This document shows positions 26,816-35,420 of a stretch of 42,084 bases of DNA, in pieces. A program made the position numbers and the translations under genes. Numbering within the stretch: position 1 is the stretch's first letter; the number at the start of each line of letters is the position of its first letter. Below the pieces are notes generated by a model. The model was not told the DNA's origin. It did no database searches and was given only the letters and a program-made list of their open reading frames with translations. Source of the stretch: Burkholderiaceae bacterium (GTDB taxonomy: Bacteria > Pseudomonadota > Gammaproteobacteria > Burkholderiales > Burkholderiaceae_F); NCBI GenBank assembly GCA_041751715.1, contig JBGSWY010000345.1:1-42084 (forward strand), written 5' to 3'.

Positions 26816-26832
26816 TTGGTATGCACGTTGCG
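26816..26832 (+). promoter_or_regulatory. Candidate sigma54 (-24/-12) promoter element
   Basis: TTGGTATGCACGTTGCG has GG (26818-19) and GC (26830-31) separated by exactly 10 nt, within TGG...TTGC. It lies about 170 nt upstream of the ATG at 27004, in the only large non-coding gap. Several non-core positions differ from the consensus. Confidence 0.3.
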
Positions 26833-27003
26833 CTTCGGGCCGAGCGTAGAAGTTCCCCACCATCCGCATCACGTCATGCATTAGGCCGATTGCGTAATTG
26901 CTCGCTTCTCTTCTATGGCGTTAAATGCAGCGCAGCAAAGGGCAGGCGGTTACGCGCTGCTAAAAATATGCAAACAAATGTGCCGCTGTAAAAAAGGGAG
27001 TGC

Positions 27004-27381
27004 ATGAAACAGGTGGGGCGCCGTACAGTTTTGCGTTTCGGGTTCGGGGCGGGAGCGCTATTGCTCCTAGGCTGCGATGTTAGTGAACAAGATCCGTCTG
27101 CAGCAGAGGCTCCGGCACCACCTCCGCCTGCGCTATCACCACCTCCGGCGTCAGCCGCCTGGGTGGTCAATCCTCCGTCGTTCGCCGTCGGTAGTGGCTC
27201 GACATTCAATCTGGCCACCACGTTGCCGGCGGGCGTTGCTCGAGGAGGAGCTTTCGGCGTCAGTTCCGCCGGGGCCACTCTTCCCACCGGAATGACGTTG
27301 ACGAAGCCGGGAATACTGTCGGTGGGATCTGCCACAGTGGGCAGCGTCACCGGCGTCGTCTTCACTTACGCATCTCCCTGA
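27004..27381 (+). CDS. Small Tat-signal lipoprotein with Pro-rich linker and Ig-like (putative He_PIG-type) domain
   Basis: GGGAG Shine-Dalgarno 5 nt upstream. GRRTVLRFGFGAGALLLLGC combines a twin-Arg motif, an h-region and a lipobox Cys. Then APAPPPPALSPPPA, then FNLATTLPAGVARGGAFGVSSAGATLPTGMTLTKPGILSVGSAT. Confidence 0.65.
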   Translation: MKQVGRRTVLRFGFGAGALLLLGCDVSEQDPSAAEAPAPPPPALSPPPASAAWVVNPPSFAVGSGSTFNLATTLPAGVARGGAFGVSSAGATLPTGMTLTKPGILSVGSATVGSVTGVVFTYASP

Positions 27382-27472
27382 GCACCGCTGGTGTTCCTTC
27401 GCATGCCGATCAGTTCAGACTGGACGGTGCCGTTGATCTACGCGAACTAACGCGAACAAGCGGACTCTTGAA

Positions 27473-29551
27473 ATGCAGCGACGTCAGTTTTTAAAGGGTA
27501 CATCCGTTGCGCTTGCCGCAACCTTGACAGGTTGCGGTGGTGGTGGCGGTGAAAGTGCTGCGGCATCCAGTGCGCCGCCTCCGGCGCCGCCCGTCCCCGC
27601 TCCAGCCCCGGCGCCCGGCGCCGGACCTGCTGCGGGAGGCCTGCCGACGCTGACCCTGCATCCAACGCAAACCGGCACCGGGCCCTACATTGCGGCCGTG
27701 CTGCCACTGGAGGGTTTGGTTCCGGCGGCCCAGAGCCTCGACTCGCCAGACGATCCAAATGTGCGTTCCACCGTCGTCTCCAGATGGCCCGACGGCTCGG
27801 CATCGGTGGTCGTAGTGGCGGGTGAAACAAGCGTGACGCTCGGCACGTCCAGACAAATCCGCTTGCGCGCTGCCGCTGTCAACGCAACGCCGTTGAACGC
27901 GGCGCGAGTCGGTCAGCTCGTCTCGAATGTGACGGTCAACTGCGGCGCCCTCGGCTCGGCGGTCTTGAACGACTTCGCAACGCCGTCGAAAATCTGGTGG
28001 GCCAACGAGCGTGTCATCTGCTGCCGATATCGCGCCCCGGTCGGAGCGCACCCGACCCTGGAAGCAGTGGTCGACATTCACGCGTTTTCGTCGAATCGAG
28101 CGCTGGTCGAGGTGGTGGTCGAGAACTGCAAGATGGTAACTGCGACACCGACGCAGCCGGCCGCGGCTGCTTACACGGCAGCAGTGACGGTTAACGGCGC
28201 GGCGGTGACGAATGTTCAGTCCGCAAACGCTCCTGGCGGAACGCACCAAGCATTTCGTGCCTGGTACGCATCGAGCTGGGTCGGTGGCGACCCCGGCATT
28301 GACGTCACGCAGGACACTGGCTCGATGCAGGCGCATCCGCTGTTTTTCCGCGTGTGGCAAGGCGGCGGCAGTATGGCGGCGTACGCGGCCGATACCTATC
28401 AGCCATGGAGTGTCGGTCGCCACCCCGCAAGCAATATGGGCGGCGGCGGTGACTCCGCGTTCATCGGCCCGTTGCCCAAATGGGAAGTCCAGTATCTGCA
28501 AACGGGCGACAACCAAGCTCGACGCGCGGTGATTGCCTCAGCGCTGTCAGTGTTGAGCTTTAACGTCAACTATCGAGACGCGGGCACCGGACTTGTGCCG
28601 ACGTTCGATCAATTGACAAACAAGAATCAGCAGCAATTCGGATCCGACGCAGCCAGAGCGTGGCCGCACAGCACAGGCGCCGAGCCCTCGTGGGAGGTTG
28701 CACATCATCCGGCAGCAGGTTTGATGGCGTTCATGTGCCGCCCGTCGCCGGTATTCATCGAGATCGCGCAGAAAATCGCCGTGTGGAACGGAACCTGGTC
28801 GAGCGACAACGGCACCTTCGGGACCTACTATGAGACGCGCGGCAAGGCATGGGGCGTGCGGAGTCTGACGCATGCCATTTTTTTGACGCCGGATAGCGAC
28901 AACTGGAAGCAGCCGGCGCGTTCCGCGCTGTTTCGCAATTCGCAGTTGCTGAAAAGCTTTCAGGACGACCCCAAGTCCGTGCTCGGATTTGTGTGGGACT
29001 TCTCGCCTTCATTCGTGCAGAACTACGGCGGCTCCGGATTTACTCAACCGCTGTGGGAGCACCATTATCTAGTCACCGAGCTGCACAAGGCGGCGAGCGC
29101 AAGGGTACTTAGCGGTGCGGAGCAATCGGCCCTGACTGCGCTTGCCGACTGGGCAGCGGCCCAACCGGTTCGATACATCAACGAATCCACCGGCGGTGAA
29201 TGGCGAATTTTTTACTACGTGACGCCGGCCGGCCGCAGTGGGACAACGATAGATTCGTTGCCCACCTGGGGCCAACAGTTCGCGTGGAGCTACAGCGACG
29301 CACCGCCGCCGGTGTCGGGCCCGTGGATGAACGGCAGCGGGACATCTTATGCGTCCGCCAGTGTGGAAAACAACGCAGGCGCTTATTACCCGTCGTACTT
29401 CTGGGCGGCACTCGTGGCCGCAGTTGAGCGCGGCGTGGCCGGCGCGGATGCGGCCTGGAGCAAGGTCACGACCAACGTAACTAATCTGTCAGCGTGGAGC
29501 GCGGGGTTCGGTCCCGAGCCGCGCTGGGGTGCATATCCAAGGAATAAATAA
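27473..29551 (+). CDS. Large Tat-signal lipoprotein of unknown function (candidate polysaccharide-active enzyme)
   Basis: MQRRQFLKGTSVALAATLTGC is a near-consensus Tat motif (RRxFLK) plus a lipobox, followed by a Gly/Pro/Ala linker. The N-terminal beta-rich part (VVSRWPDGSASVVVVAG) is followed by a W/H-rich, helix-like C-terminal part. I recognise no named family with confidence. Confidence 0.6.
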   Translation: MQRRQFLKGTSVALAATLTGCGGGGGESAAASSAPPPAPPVPAPAPAPGAGPAAGGLPTLTLHPTQTGTGPYIAAVLPLEGLVPAAQSLDSPDDPNVRSTVVSRWPDGSASVVVVAGETSVTLGTSRQIRLRAAAVNATPLNAARVGQLVSNVTVNCGALGSAVLNDFATPSKIWWANERVICCRYRAPVGAHPTLEAVVDIHAFSSNRALVEVVVENCKMVTATPTQPAAAAYTAAVTVNGAAVTNVQSANAPGGTHQAFRAWYASSWVGGDPGIDVTQDTGSMQAHPLFFRVWQGGGSMAAYAADTYQPWSVGRHPASNMGGGGDSAFIGPLPKWEVQYLQTGDNQARRAVIASALSVLSFNVNYRDAGTGLVPTFDQLTNKNQQQFGSDAARAWPHSTGAEPSWEVAHHPAAGLMAFMCRPSPVFIEIAQKIAVWNGTWSSDNGTFGTYYETRGKAWGVRSLTHAIFLTPDSDNWKQPARSALFRNSQLLKSFQDDPKSVLGFVWDFSPSFVQNYGGSGFTQPLWEHHYLVTELHKAASARVLSGAEQSALTALADWAAAQPVRYINESTGGEWRIFYYVTPAGRSGTTIDSLPTWGQQFAWSYSDAPPPVSGPWMNGSGTSYASASVENNAGAYYPSYFWAALVAAVERGVAGADAAWSKVTTNVTNLSAWSAGFGPEPRWGAYPRNK

Positions 29552-30730
29552 ATGGCACTTCTTACTTCTTCGCCAGCGACGCTTTCGGTCACATCGTTTC
29601 CGTATTCATTGCCTCCGCCCGGTCAAGCGATGTTGATTGGCGCCAACTCGCCGGACAGCGTCAGGCCGTCGACGCACACGACGTACGAGTGGAACTATGC
29701 GCTGTTCTTCTTCTATGGCGGTGGCACCTTCGTCGACGATTATTCGGCCGGCGGAGCCTACGTAATCGCCGGCTCGGGAGGGCATGCCGTGCCGCCCAAC
29801 TTTGGTGGCTGCTTATTCGACTTCGCTGATGCGACGTGGAAGCGGGTGGATAACGCCAATGGCATGCCGTGGATAAACCGGGATTTGAACGCTCCCGGGT
29901 TTTCGGGAGAAATCAATAGCGTCGGCGAGATCAACTGGCCTGGCGTATCCGCCGGCATCCCGGCTCCGTCGCACCTGTACGGCAACGTGTTGGCGCTGTC
30001 GGCAGCCAACGGAGGCGGCAGCCGAGGGTCGGCACTGATCCTGCGCTCAATGGCGGCCGGATATAGCTCGAACTACGGTTCCGGATACGCGCATCGGTTC
30101 GATGTTGCCACCGGCCTGTGGACTCGCCAATCGACCAATGCATCGATTGGAAACAGCGGCTTTCGCACCGCGTGCTACGACGGGGTAACGAATCGCTACT
30201 ACATGATCCGTTATGAGTTGCACGAAAGCTCCAACCTGGACTATCTGGATGGTGCCGACTGGACCTGGAAAACAGTCAGCATCGCGACTCCGGCCGCTGT
30301 CGGCAATAACAAGTCAGCGTTCATCGATGACTCGCGGCGGCTGCTGATCGTACAGACGTCGGCCGGAAGGCTGCGCGCGCTTGACTTGAACAACATGGGT
30401 GCAGGGTTCGTAACCCTCAGAACGGTTGGCAATCTTCCGCCCGATAATCAGTCGCAGTGGCACTTGTATCCGGCCGATGGCTGCTGGTACACGTACATAG
30501 GCAACGGCGGCAACAGCTTGCACAAGATTCAGCCGCCCGCGGCGAACCCGCTCACGGAAACATGGACGGTAAGCACCGTTTCGATCGGCGGGGCGGCTCT
30601 GGCGTCGCAGCCAACCGAAGCGATTCAGAACGGCTCGGTTCATAACACAAGATTTTTTTATGTCCGGCCGATCGGATGCTTTGCATGGATCGCCGGCGAA
30701 GGCAATAAGGTCGCCATCCTTAAGCCTTGA
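29552..30730 (+). CDS. Hypothetical protein, beta-propeller/Kelch-like by sequence texture, no signal peptide
   Basis: The ATG abuts the upstream TAA with zero spacer. Repeated G-G...W/Y strand-like segments (FFFYGGGTFVDDY, YVIAGSGGH, ATGLWTRQ, RYYMIRY, CWYTYIGNGGNS, FFYVRPIGCFAWIAG). The N-terminus MALLTSSPATLSV is not signal-like. Confidence 0.5.
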   Translation: MALLTSSPATLSVTSFPYSLPPPGQAMLIGANSPDSVRPSTHTTYEWNYALFFFYGGGTFVDDYSAGGAYVIAGSGGHAVPPNFGGCLFDFADATWKRVDNANGMPWINRDLNAPGFSGEINSVGEINWPGVSAGIPAPSHLYGNVLALSAANGGGSRGSALILRSMAAGYSSNYGSGYAHRFDVATGLWTRQSTNASIGNSGFRTACYDGVTNRYYMIRYELHESSNLDYLDGADWTWKTVSIATPAAVGNNKSAFIDDSRRLLIVQTSAGRLRALDLNNMGAGFVTLRTVGNLPPDNQSQWHLYPADGCWYTYIGNGGNSLHKIQPPAANPLTETWTVSTVSIGGAALASQPTEAIQNGSVHNTRFFYVRPIGCFAWIAGEGNKVAILKP

Positions 30731-30830
30731 CGGCGTCGGTGGGTCGATCCGCCCCAGTGGAGCCGGCGTAAAAAAGTCATAATCCACGCCCTCCGCATCC
30801 CCCCGGGTTGCTCTCGACAGTTGCCCGTGT

Positions 30831-32189
30831 TTGATGGCCTCGTCCCCGCTCGGCGGTAAACGCCTTCCTAGCTCCGGTGATCGCTTCGTCGAACGCCTCA
30901 TGACAGGCGTTGAACTGACGGGCATTCGACTGCGCGAGTTCATAGTCCGAAGTCGCAGCCTGTGGCATGGCATATATCTCGCGGGGCTGCTGCTGGACCG
31001 CCTTGGCAGAAAAGTGCTCGCCGCGCGCGTGTTTGCTGCCGGCCAGCGTACAGCGCCTCAAGATTGTCGTGCTGACCTAGGACGGGCAGCTGCCGCGAAA
31101 CTCGACGTCATCATCGCGACTGGTGTTGAGGGAGCGAAAGCAGAGTCGTTCGAGCAGGGCAGAGTCCGCGTAATCAAGCCTTTCATAGGGCCAGAAGAAA
31201 GGGGCGCGCTACATGTCATGTATTCGGAGGTCATTCATGCACTGCCGCAGGTAGTAGATCTCAAAACTCTGAACGCCTACTTTCGTCTGGTGCTCGAAAC
31301 ATCCTGGACCGGCTTATGCGATCCAAGCATCCTTCAGTATGCCCATGCAGACTGCAAGAACGTTGTCATGGCGCCTGACGTGATGGACTTCCAGTTCATC
31401 GAGGTTCTGGGCAGCCAGCTTGTACCCGTGTCGCTCGGGTCCTGCGACTGGGTCGATCCGCGGGTCGCGGAGCCGTTTCTGGGTGCCGCCAAGGAGTTCG
31501 ACATCGTGATGAATGCTATCTGGGCGCCCTGGAAGCGGCACCACGTTCTCTTCTCGGCGATGCGTCAGATGCAAAGCAAGCCCAAGGTGGCGTTGATCGG
31601 CGCCAGCTTTGACGGAGGAGATCTGGACAGGATTGCGAGACTCGCCAGGTTCTATGGCGTAGCCGACTGCATTACTGTATTCGAACGCATTCCGTTTCAG
31701 AAGGTGATGGAGGTCGTATGCAGCTCACGATGCTGTGTCCTGTTGAGCCTGAAGGAGGGCGCTAACAGAGCCTTGGCGGAGAGCATGTTCTGTGACGTCC
31801 CTGTGGTATTGCTGGCTGAGTACATTGGCGGCGCTGAGAAGAACGTGGGGCCGCAGACAGGGTTAGTCGTCCCCGAGCGCCAGTTAGCTCAAAGTTTGGA
31901 ACGAGTCATCGCTGGCAAGTTGCCATTCAAACCGCGACAGTGGGCTCTGGAGAACATTTCCTGCGTTGTTTCGACCGCCGCGCTCAATCGCCGGCTGCGC
32001 AACGTCGCGGAACACGAAGGCGAGACGTGGACGCAAGACATCGTAGTGAGGTCAAACAGCCCCGAGTCCAAGTACTTCGAACCGAGTGACGACGCGGCAC
32101 TCGCTGAGGCCAACGCCGCTGTCACGGCGTTTTTTCAGCGCAAGGGGTCAATCCCGGTTCCGAGTGCCGACGAGCATCAGCGCCACTGA
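30831..32189 (+). CDS. Glycosyltransferase-like protein (GT-B C-terminal domain recognisable); start uncertain
   Basis: PKVALIGASFDGGDLDRIARLARFYGVADCITVFERIPFQKVMEVVCSSRCCVLLSLKEGANRALAESMFCDVPVVLL resembles a GT4 C-terminal domain. The N-terminal 200 aa are unrecognisable. Rare codons (AGA, AGG, ATA, TTA, GTA) are frequent compared with the core genes. Confidence 0.5.
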   Translation: MMASSPLGGKRLPSSGDRFVERLMTGVELTGIRLREFIVRSRSLWHGIYLAGLLLDRLGRKVLAARVFAAGQRTAPQDCRADLGRAAAAKLDVIIATGVEGAKAESFEQGRVRVIKPFIGPEERGALHVMYSEVIHALPQVVDLKTLNAYFRLVLETSWTGLCDPSILQYAHADCKNVVMAPDVMDFQFIEVLGSQLVPVSLGSCDWVDPRVAEPFLGAAKEFDIVMNAIWAPWKRHHVLFSAMRQMQSKPKVALIGASFDGGDLDRIARLARFYGVADCITVFERIPFQKVMEVVCSSRCCVLLSLKEGANRALAESMFCDVPVVLLAEYIGGAEKNVGPQTGLVVPERQLAQSLERVIAGKLPFKPRQWALENISCVVSTAALNRRLRNVAEHEGETWTQDIVVRSNSPESKYFEPSDDAALAEANAAVTAFFQRKGSIPVPSADEHQRH

Positions 32190-32824
32190 CCCTGCCGGGC
32201 AAGCCTGTCGCGCAAGCCAGGAAACTCGATTCCGCCCGCGTACGCTTTCTTCGCATATGCCCGAGCTCGCTCGAAGTCGCGCTGTTCGGTCAGCAAGAGT
32301 CCCATGTTGTACGCGATCACCGGGTCGTTCGGCGACAGCTTTTCGGCCTGCCCGAATGTTGCCAAAGCTTCTGAGTTTCTATTGAGCCGCGCCAGGTACG
32401 TCGCGTAAATCTTGTGCACTTCCGGGTCCGACGGCTTGAATTCGAGAGCCCGCAGGAGATAACACTCGACCGGGATTTGCACGCCGCTTGGCTTGGGGGT
32501 CTTGTCTTTCAGCGCCAGTCGGACGAGCGCGGCCAGCCCGCGATGGTGGTTCGGCGCATAGCGCACCAGAAAATCGATGTCGGCGCCGATCGAGCCGGTC
32601 ATGCCGCGAATCAGATTCTCGGTGTCTGCATCAAAATGATGGCCTTCGATCTGAGAAATCCGCAATTGGTCGTTGGCCGCGGTAACGTCCAGTCGCTCTT
32701 CCTGCCACTTGAACGGTTCGCAATCTACCGCCGCGTGCGCCTCCAGCGCCACCAATGTGATCAAGACGGCCAATACCAGCGGCCAACGGACAGCAGAACG
32801 AGCATTGGATGAAGCAGTATTCAT
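32177..32824 (-). CDS. Secreted TPR-repeat protein
   Basis: The Met at 32824 gives a signal peptide (RWPLVLAVLITLVALEAHA). C-terminal TPR-like helices (VHKIYATYLARLNRNSEALATFGQAEKLSPNDPVIAYNMGLLLTEQRDFERARAYAKKAY). The 3' end overlaps the convergent gene by 13 nt. Confidence 0.6.
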   Translation of the reverse strand: MNTASSNARSAVRWPLVLAVLITLVALEAHAAVDCEPFKWQEERLDVTAANDQLRISQIEGHHFDADTENLIRGMTGSIGADIDFLVRYAPNHHRGLAALVRLALKDKTPKPSGVQIPVECYLLRALEFKPSDPEVHKIYATYLARLNRNSEALATFGQAEKLSPNDPVIAYNMGLLLTEQRDFERARAYAKKAYAGGIEFPGLRDRLARQGQWR

Positions 32825-32935
32825 ATTCCATGCGAGCCGAAGGCGGATGCGCGATATTGTAGTGTTCATGGACAACGTTTCCGGGTGTGCCTTCGTTTAC
32901 GAAATACTCGTAGCACGAGTCGGACCAGCTATCTG

Positions 32936-34891
32936 ATGTGCGGTTTCACTGGATTTCTGACTTTCGACGGGACTGAACACAGCACGCTTGTGCACATCGC
33001 CGGCGCAATGGCGCAAACGCTGGTGCACCGCGGCCCGGACGATTCAGGGACGTGGGTCGACCCGGCGTGCGGCATCGCGCTCGCCTTTCGCCGTCTGTCG
33101 ATCATCGACCTGTCACCCGCCGGCCATCAGCCGATGCGCTCGGCCGACGGCCGCTACGTGATCGTATTCAATGGTGAGATTTACAACTTTCTCGAGTTGC
33201 GCAGGGAACTGGAGCAGAGCGGCGAGGCGCCGGCGTGGCGCGGCCATTCCGACACAGAAGTCTTGTTGGCTTTGATTACGTCGCGCGGGCTCGATAGAGC
33301 GCTCGAGCAGTCGATCGGGATGTTCGGGTTTGCGCTATGGGATACGCACAGTCGCACATTGCACCTCGCCCGCGACCGGATAGGCGAGAAGCCGCTGTAT
33401 TACGGATGGGCAGGCCGCACTTTTCTATTCGGGTCCGAGCTGAAAGCGCTGCGAGCGCATCCGCACTGGAGCGCTGAGATCGATCGCGGCGCATTGGCGC
33501 TGTTCATGCGATACAACTACGTTCCAGCGCCGCATTCGATCTACCGCGGAGTATCGAAGGTGCTGCCCGGGAATACCCTGACGCTGCCGTGGCTGTCACG
33601 TGAACCCATCATCAAATGTTATTGGTCGGCGCGCACTGTGGCAGAGCGCGGCTTTTCCGATCCTTTCCGAGATGGCGAGGCGGCCATTGGCACTGCGCTT
33701 GACGCGCTCCTGCGCGACGCGATCGGCAAGCAAATGGTGGCCGATGTTCCGCTCGGCGCATTTCTATCGGGCGGTATAGACAGCTCCACCGTGGTGGCTT
33801 TGATGCAGGCGCAGAGCATGCGGCCGGTCAAGACGTTCACGATCGGTTTTCACGAGCAGGAGTACAACGAGGCGGTGAACGCCGCCGAAGTGGCGCGGCA
33901 CCTCGGCACCGATCACACCGAGCTCTATGTAACGCCGAGCGAGGCAAGGGAAGTCATACCCAGACTGCCCACGATCTACGATGAGCCGTTTTCAGACTCT
34001 TCGCAAATCCCCACGTTTCTGGTGGCGCAGTTGGCCCGCTCGCAAGTGACGGTTGCTTTGTCCGGCGATGGCGGCGATGAATTGTTTGCCGGCTATACAC
34101 GTTATGCGTTCGGGCAGCGGCTATGGAACAAGCTGTCGCGCTTGCCTCCTGCCGTTCGACGTGCGCTCGCCACCTCCGTCAAGAAGGTGTCGGTCGAGCG
34201 CTGGAGCATGATTGCCAAGCCGATGCTCGCTGTTGCCCCGCGGCGCTACCGGATTGGACTGGCGGGTGACAAGATTCACAAGCTGGCGGACGTGCTGGCG
34301 CACGAGACTCTCGATTCGCTTTATCGCGATCTGGTCTCGCACTGGAAGCCGCCACTGGACATCGTACTGGCCGACAACGAGCCGACGACGATGCTCGATT
34401 CGGCCGGCGATCTTGCAATCCGCGATCCGGTGGCCAGGATGATGCTGCTCGACCTCGTGACTTATCTGCCCGATGACATTCTGGCGAAGGTCGATCGTGC
34501 GGCGATGGCGGTGAGCCTGGAAACCCGCATTCCGCTGCTCGATCATCGAGTGGTCGAATTCGCAGCGAGAATTCCACTCGCGGCCAACCTGAATCGCGAT
34601 GGTGCCAAGGGGATTCTGCGCAACGTGTTGTACCGGTATGTGCCCAGGGCGTTGGTCGATCGTCCGAAAATGGGCTTCGCGGTGCCGATCGACAGTTGGC
34701 TGCGTGGGCCGCTGCGCGAGTGGGCCGACGATCTGCTTGATCCGGCTCGCCTGCGCCGCGAAGGATATCTGAAGCCGGAACTCATTCAACAGCGGTGGCA
34801 GGAGCACAAGAGCGGGCAGCGCAACTGGCACTATCCGTTGTGGGATGTACTGATGTTTCAATCGTGGCTGCAAAGCACGCACGGACGGTAA
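32936..34891 (+). CDS. asnB: Asparagine synthase (glutamine-hydrolysing) family amidotransferase
   Basis: The ATG at 32936 gives an MCGF Ntn nucleophile. Also HRGPDDSG, FRRLSIIDL, FNGEIYNF, SDTEV, FLSGGIDSS and LSGDGGDELFAGYTRY. Confidence 0.9.
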   Translation: MCGFTGFLTFDGTEHSTLVHIAGAMAQTLVHRGPDDSGTWVDPACGIALAFRRLSIIDLSPAGHQPMRSADGRYVIVFNGEIYNFLELRRELEQSGEAPAWRGHSDTEVLLALITSRGLDRALEQSIGMFGFALWDTHSRTLHLARDRIGEKPLYYGWAGRTFLFGSELKALRAHPHWSAEIDRGALALFMRYNYVPAPHSIYRGVSKVLPGNTLTLPWLSREPIIKCYWSARTVAERGFSDPFRDGEAAIGTALDALLRDAIGKQMVADVPLGAFLSGGIDSSTVVALMQAQSMRPVKTFTIGFHEQEYNEAVNAAEVARHLGTDHTELYVTPSEAREVIPRLPTIYDEPFSDSSQIPTFLVAQLARSQVTVALSGDGGDELFAGYTRYAFGQRLWNKLSRLPPAVRRALATSVKKVSVERWSMIAKPMLAVAPRRYRIGLAGDKIHKLADVLAHETLDSLYRDLVSHWKPPLDIVLADNEPTTMLDSAGDLAIRDPVARMMLLDLVTYLPDDILAKVDRAAMAVSLETRIPLLDHRVVEFAARIPLAANLNRDGAKGILRNVLYRYVPRALVDRPKMGFAVPIDSWLRGPLREWADDLLDPARLRREGYLKPELIQQRWQEHKSGQRNWHYPLWDVLMFQSWLQSTHGR

Positions 34892-34979
34892 CCAGTCGCG
34901 AGGTGCGTTCTGCGCACTGACCCGAAAGCTAGGTTGCTCGAACCGTCCCGCTGCTCGGCTGACTAGCCGGATCCCGCAA

Positions 34980-35420
34980 GAAAGACAGCAACCTCGAAGC
35001 TGCTGTCCTCCACGATCAGGATCGGATGGTCTCTTTCCAAACTGCTTCATTCCGCGCAGAACGGGCAACTCATGTCCTTCGGCGTCGATCTCGACGAAAG
35101 CCAGCGCCCAGGCTCCGGGGTTACCGTTCCGGTGAGCATTTCAAATTCAACTTCATCTGTGCGAAGAGTGTGGTTTCGCACCTTAATCCCGAGATAGCGG
35201 CGCTTCACTCTTGTTGCCATCGCTTCGGCAATGTCCAGCCAGCCTTTTCATGTTCGTTTCATGAGTACACGGGCTCAAAGACCATAACGTGACTATGGCG
35301 CACCTTGTGCTGATCGCCAGTGAAGGCAGTCATAATCGCGAATGTCATAGTTCGCATGAGGTTGGGAAATCCGAATCGTGAGGCCGCGAAGAGCGTTTGC
35401 GCTGGAACCAACGCCTTCGG
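34980..35420 (-). pseudogene. Possible decayed FkbM-family methyltransferase remnant (frameshifted, internally deleted)
   Basis: My minus-strand translations give fragments in three frames: ...HVMVFEPVYS*, ...DEVEFEM..., and ...ALAFVEIDAEGHELPVLRGMK. These resemble the VxxFEP, GExxF and lKiDvEGaElxVLxG blocks seen in the intact FkbM-like gene at 36755-37591. No intact ORF, and the sequence is less GC-rich by eye. Confidence 0.3.

Noticed and set aside
26927-26960. Inverted repeat GCAGCGC...GCGCTGC in the 26.8-27.0 kb gap, considered as a terminator for the decarboxylase operon.
   Set aside because: The 7-bp stem has a 20-nt loop and is followed by TAAAAATATG rather than a T-tract. It is too weak to call. 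It could be an operator, but there is no supporting evidence.
30777-31061. 94-aa minus-strand ORF overlapping the 5' part of the GT-like gene, with a helical-looking sequence (…SDYELAQSNARQFNACHEAFDEAITGARKAF…).
   Set aside because: It starts at TTG with no visible Shine-Dalgarno, and its third-position GC is similar to the overlapping plus frame. I cannot discriminate the two from sequence alone, so it is not reported as a gene. It does add uncertainty to the 30831 start.
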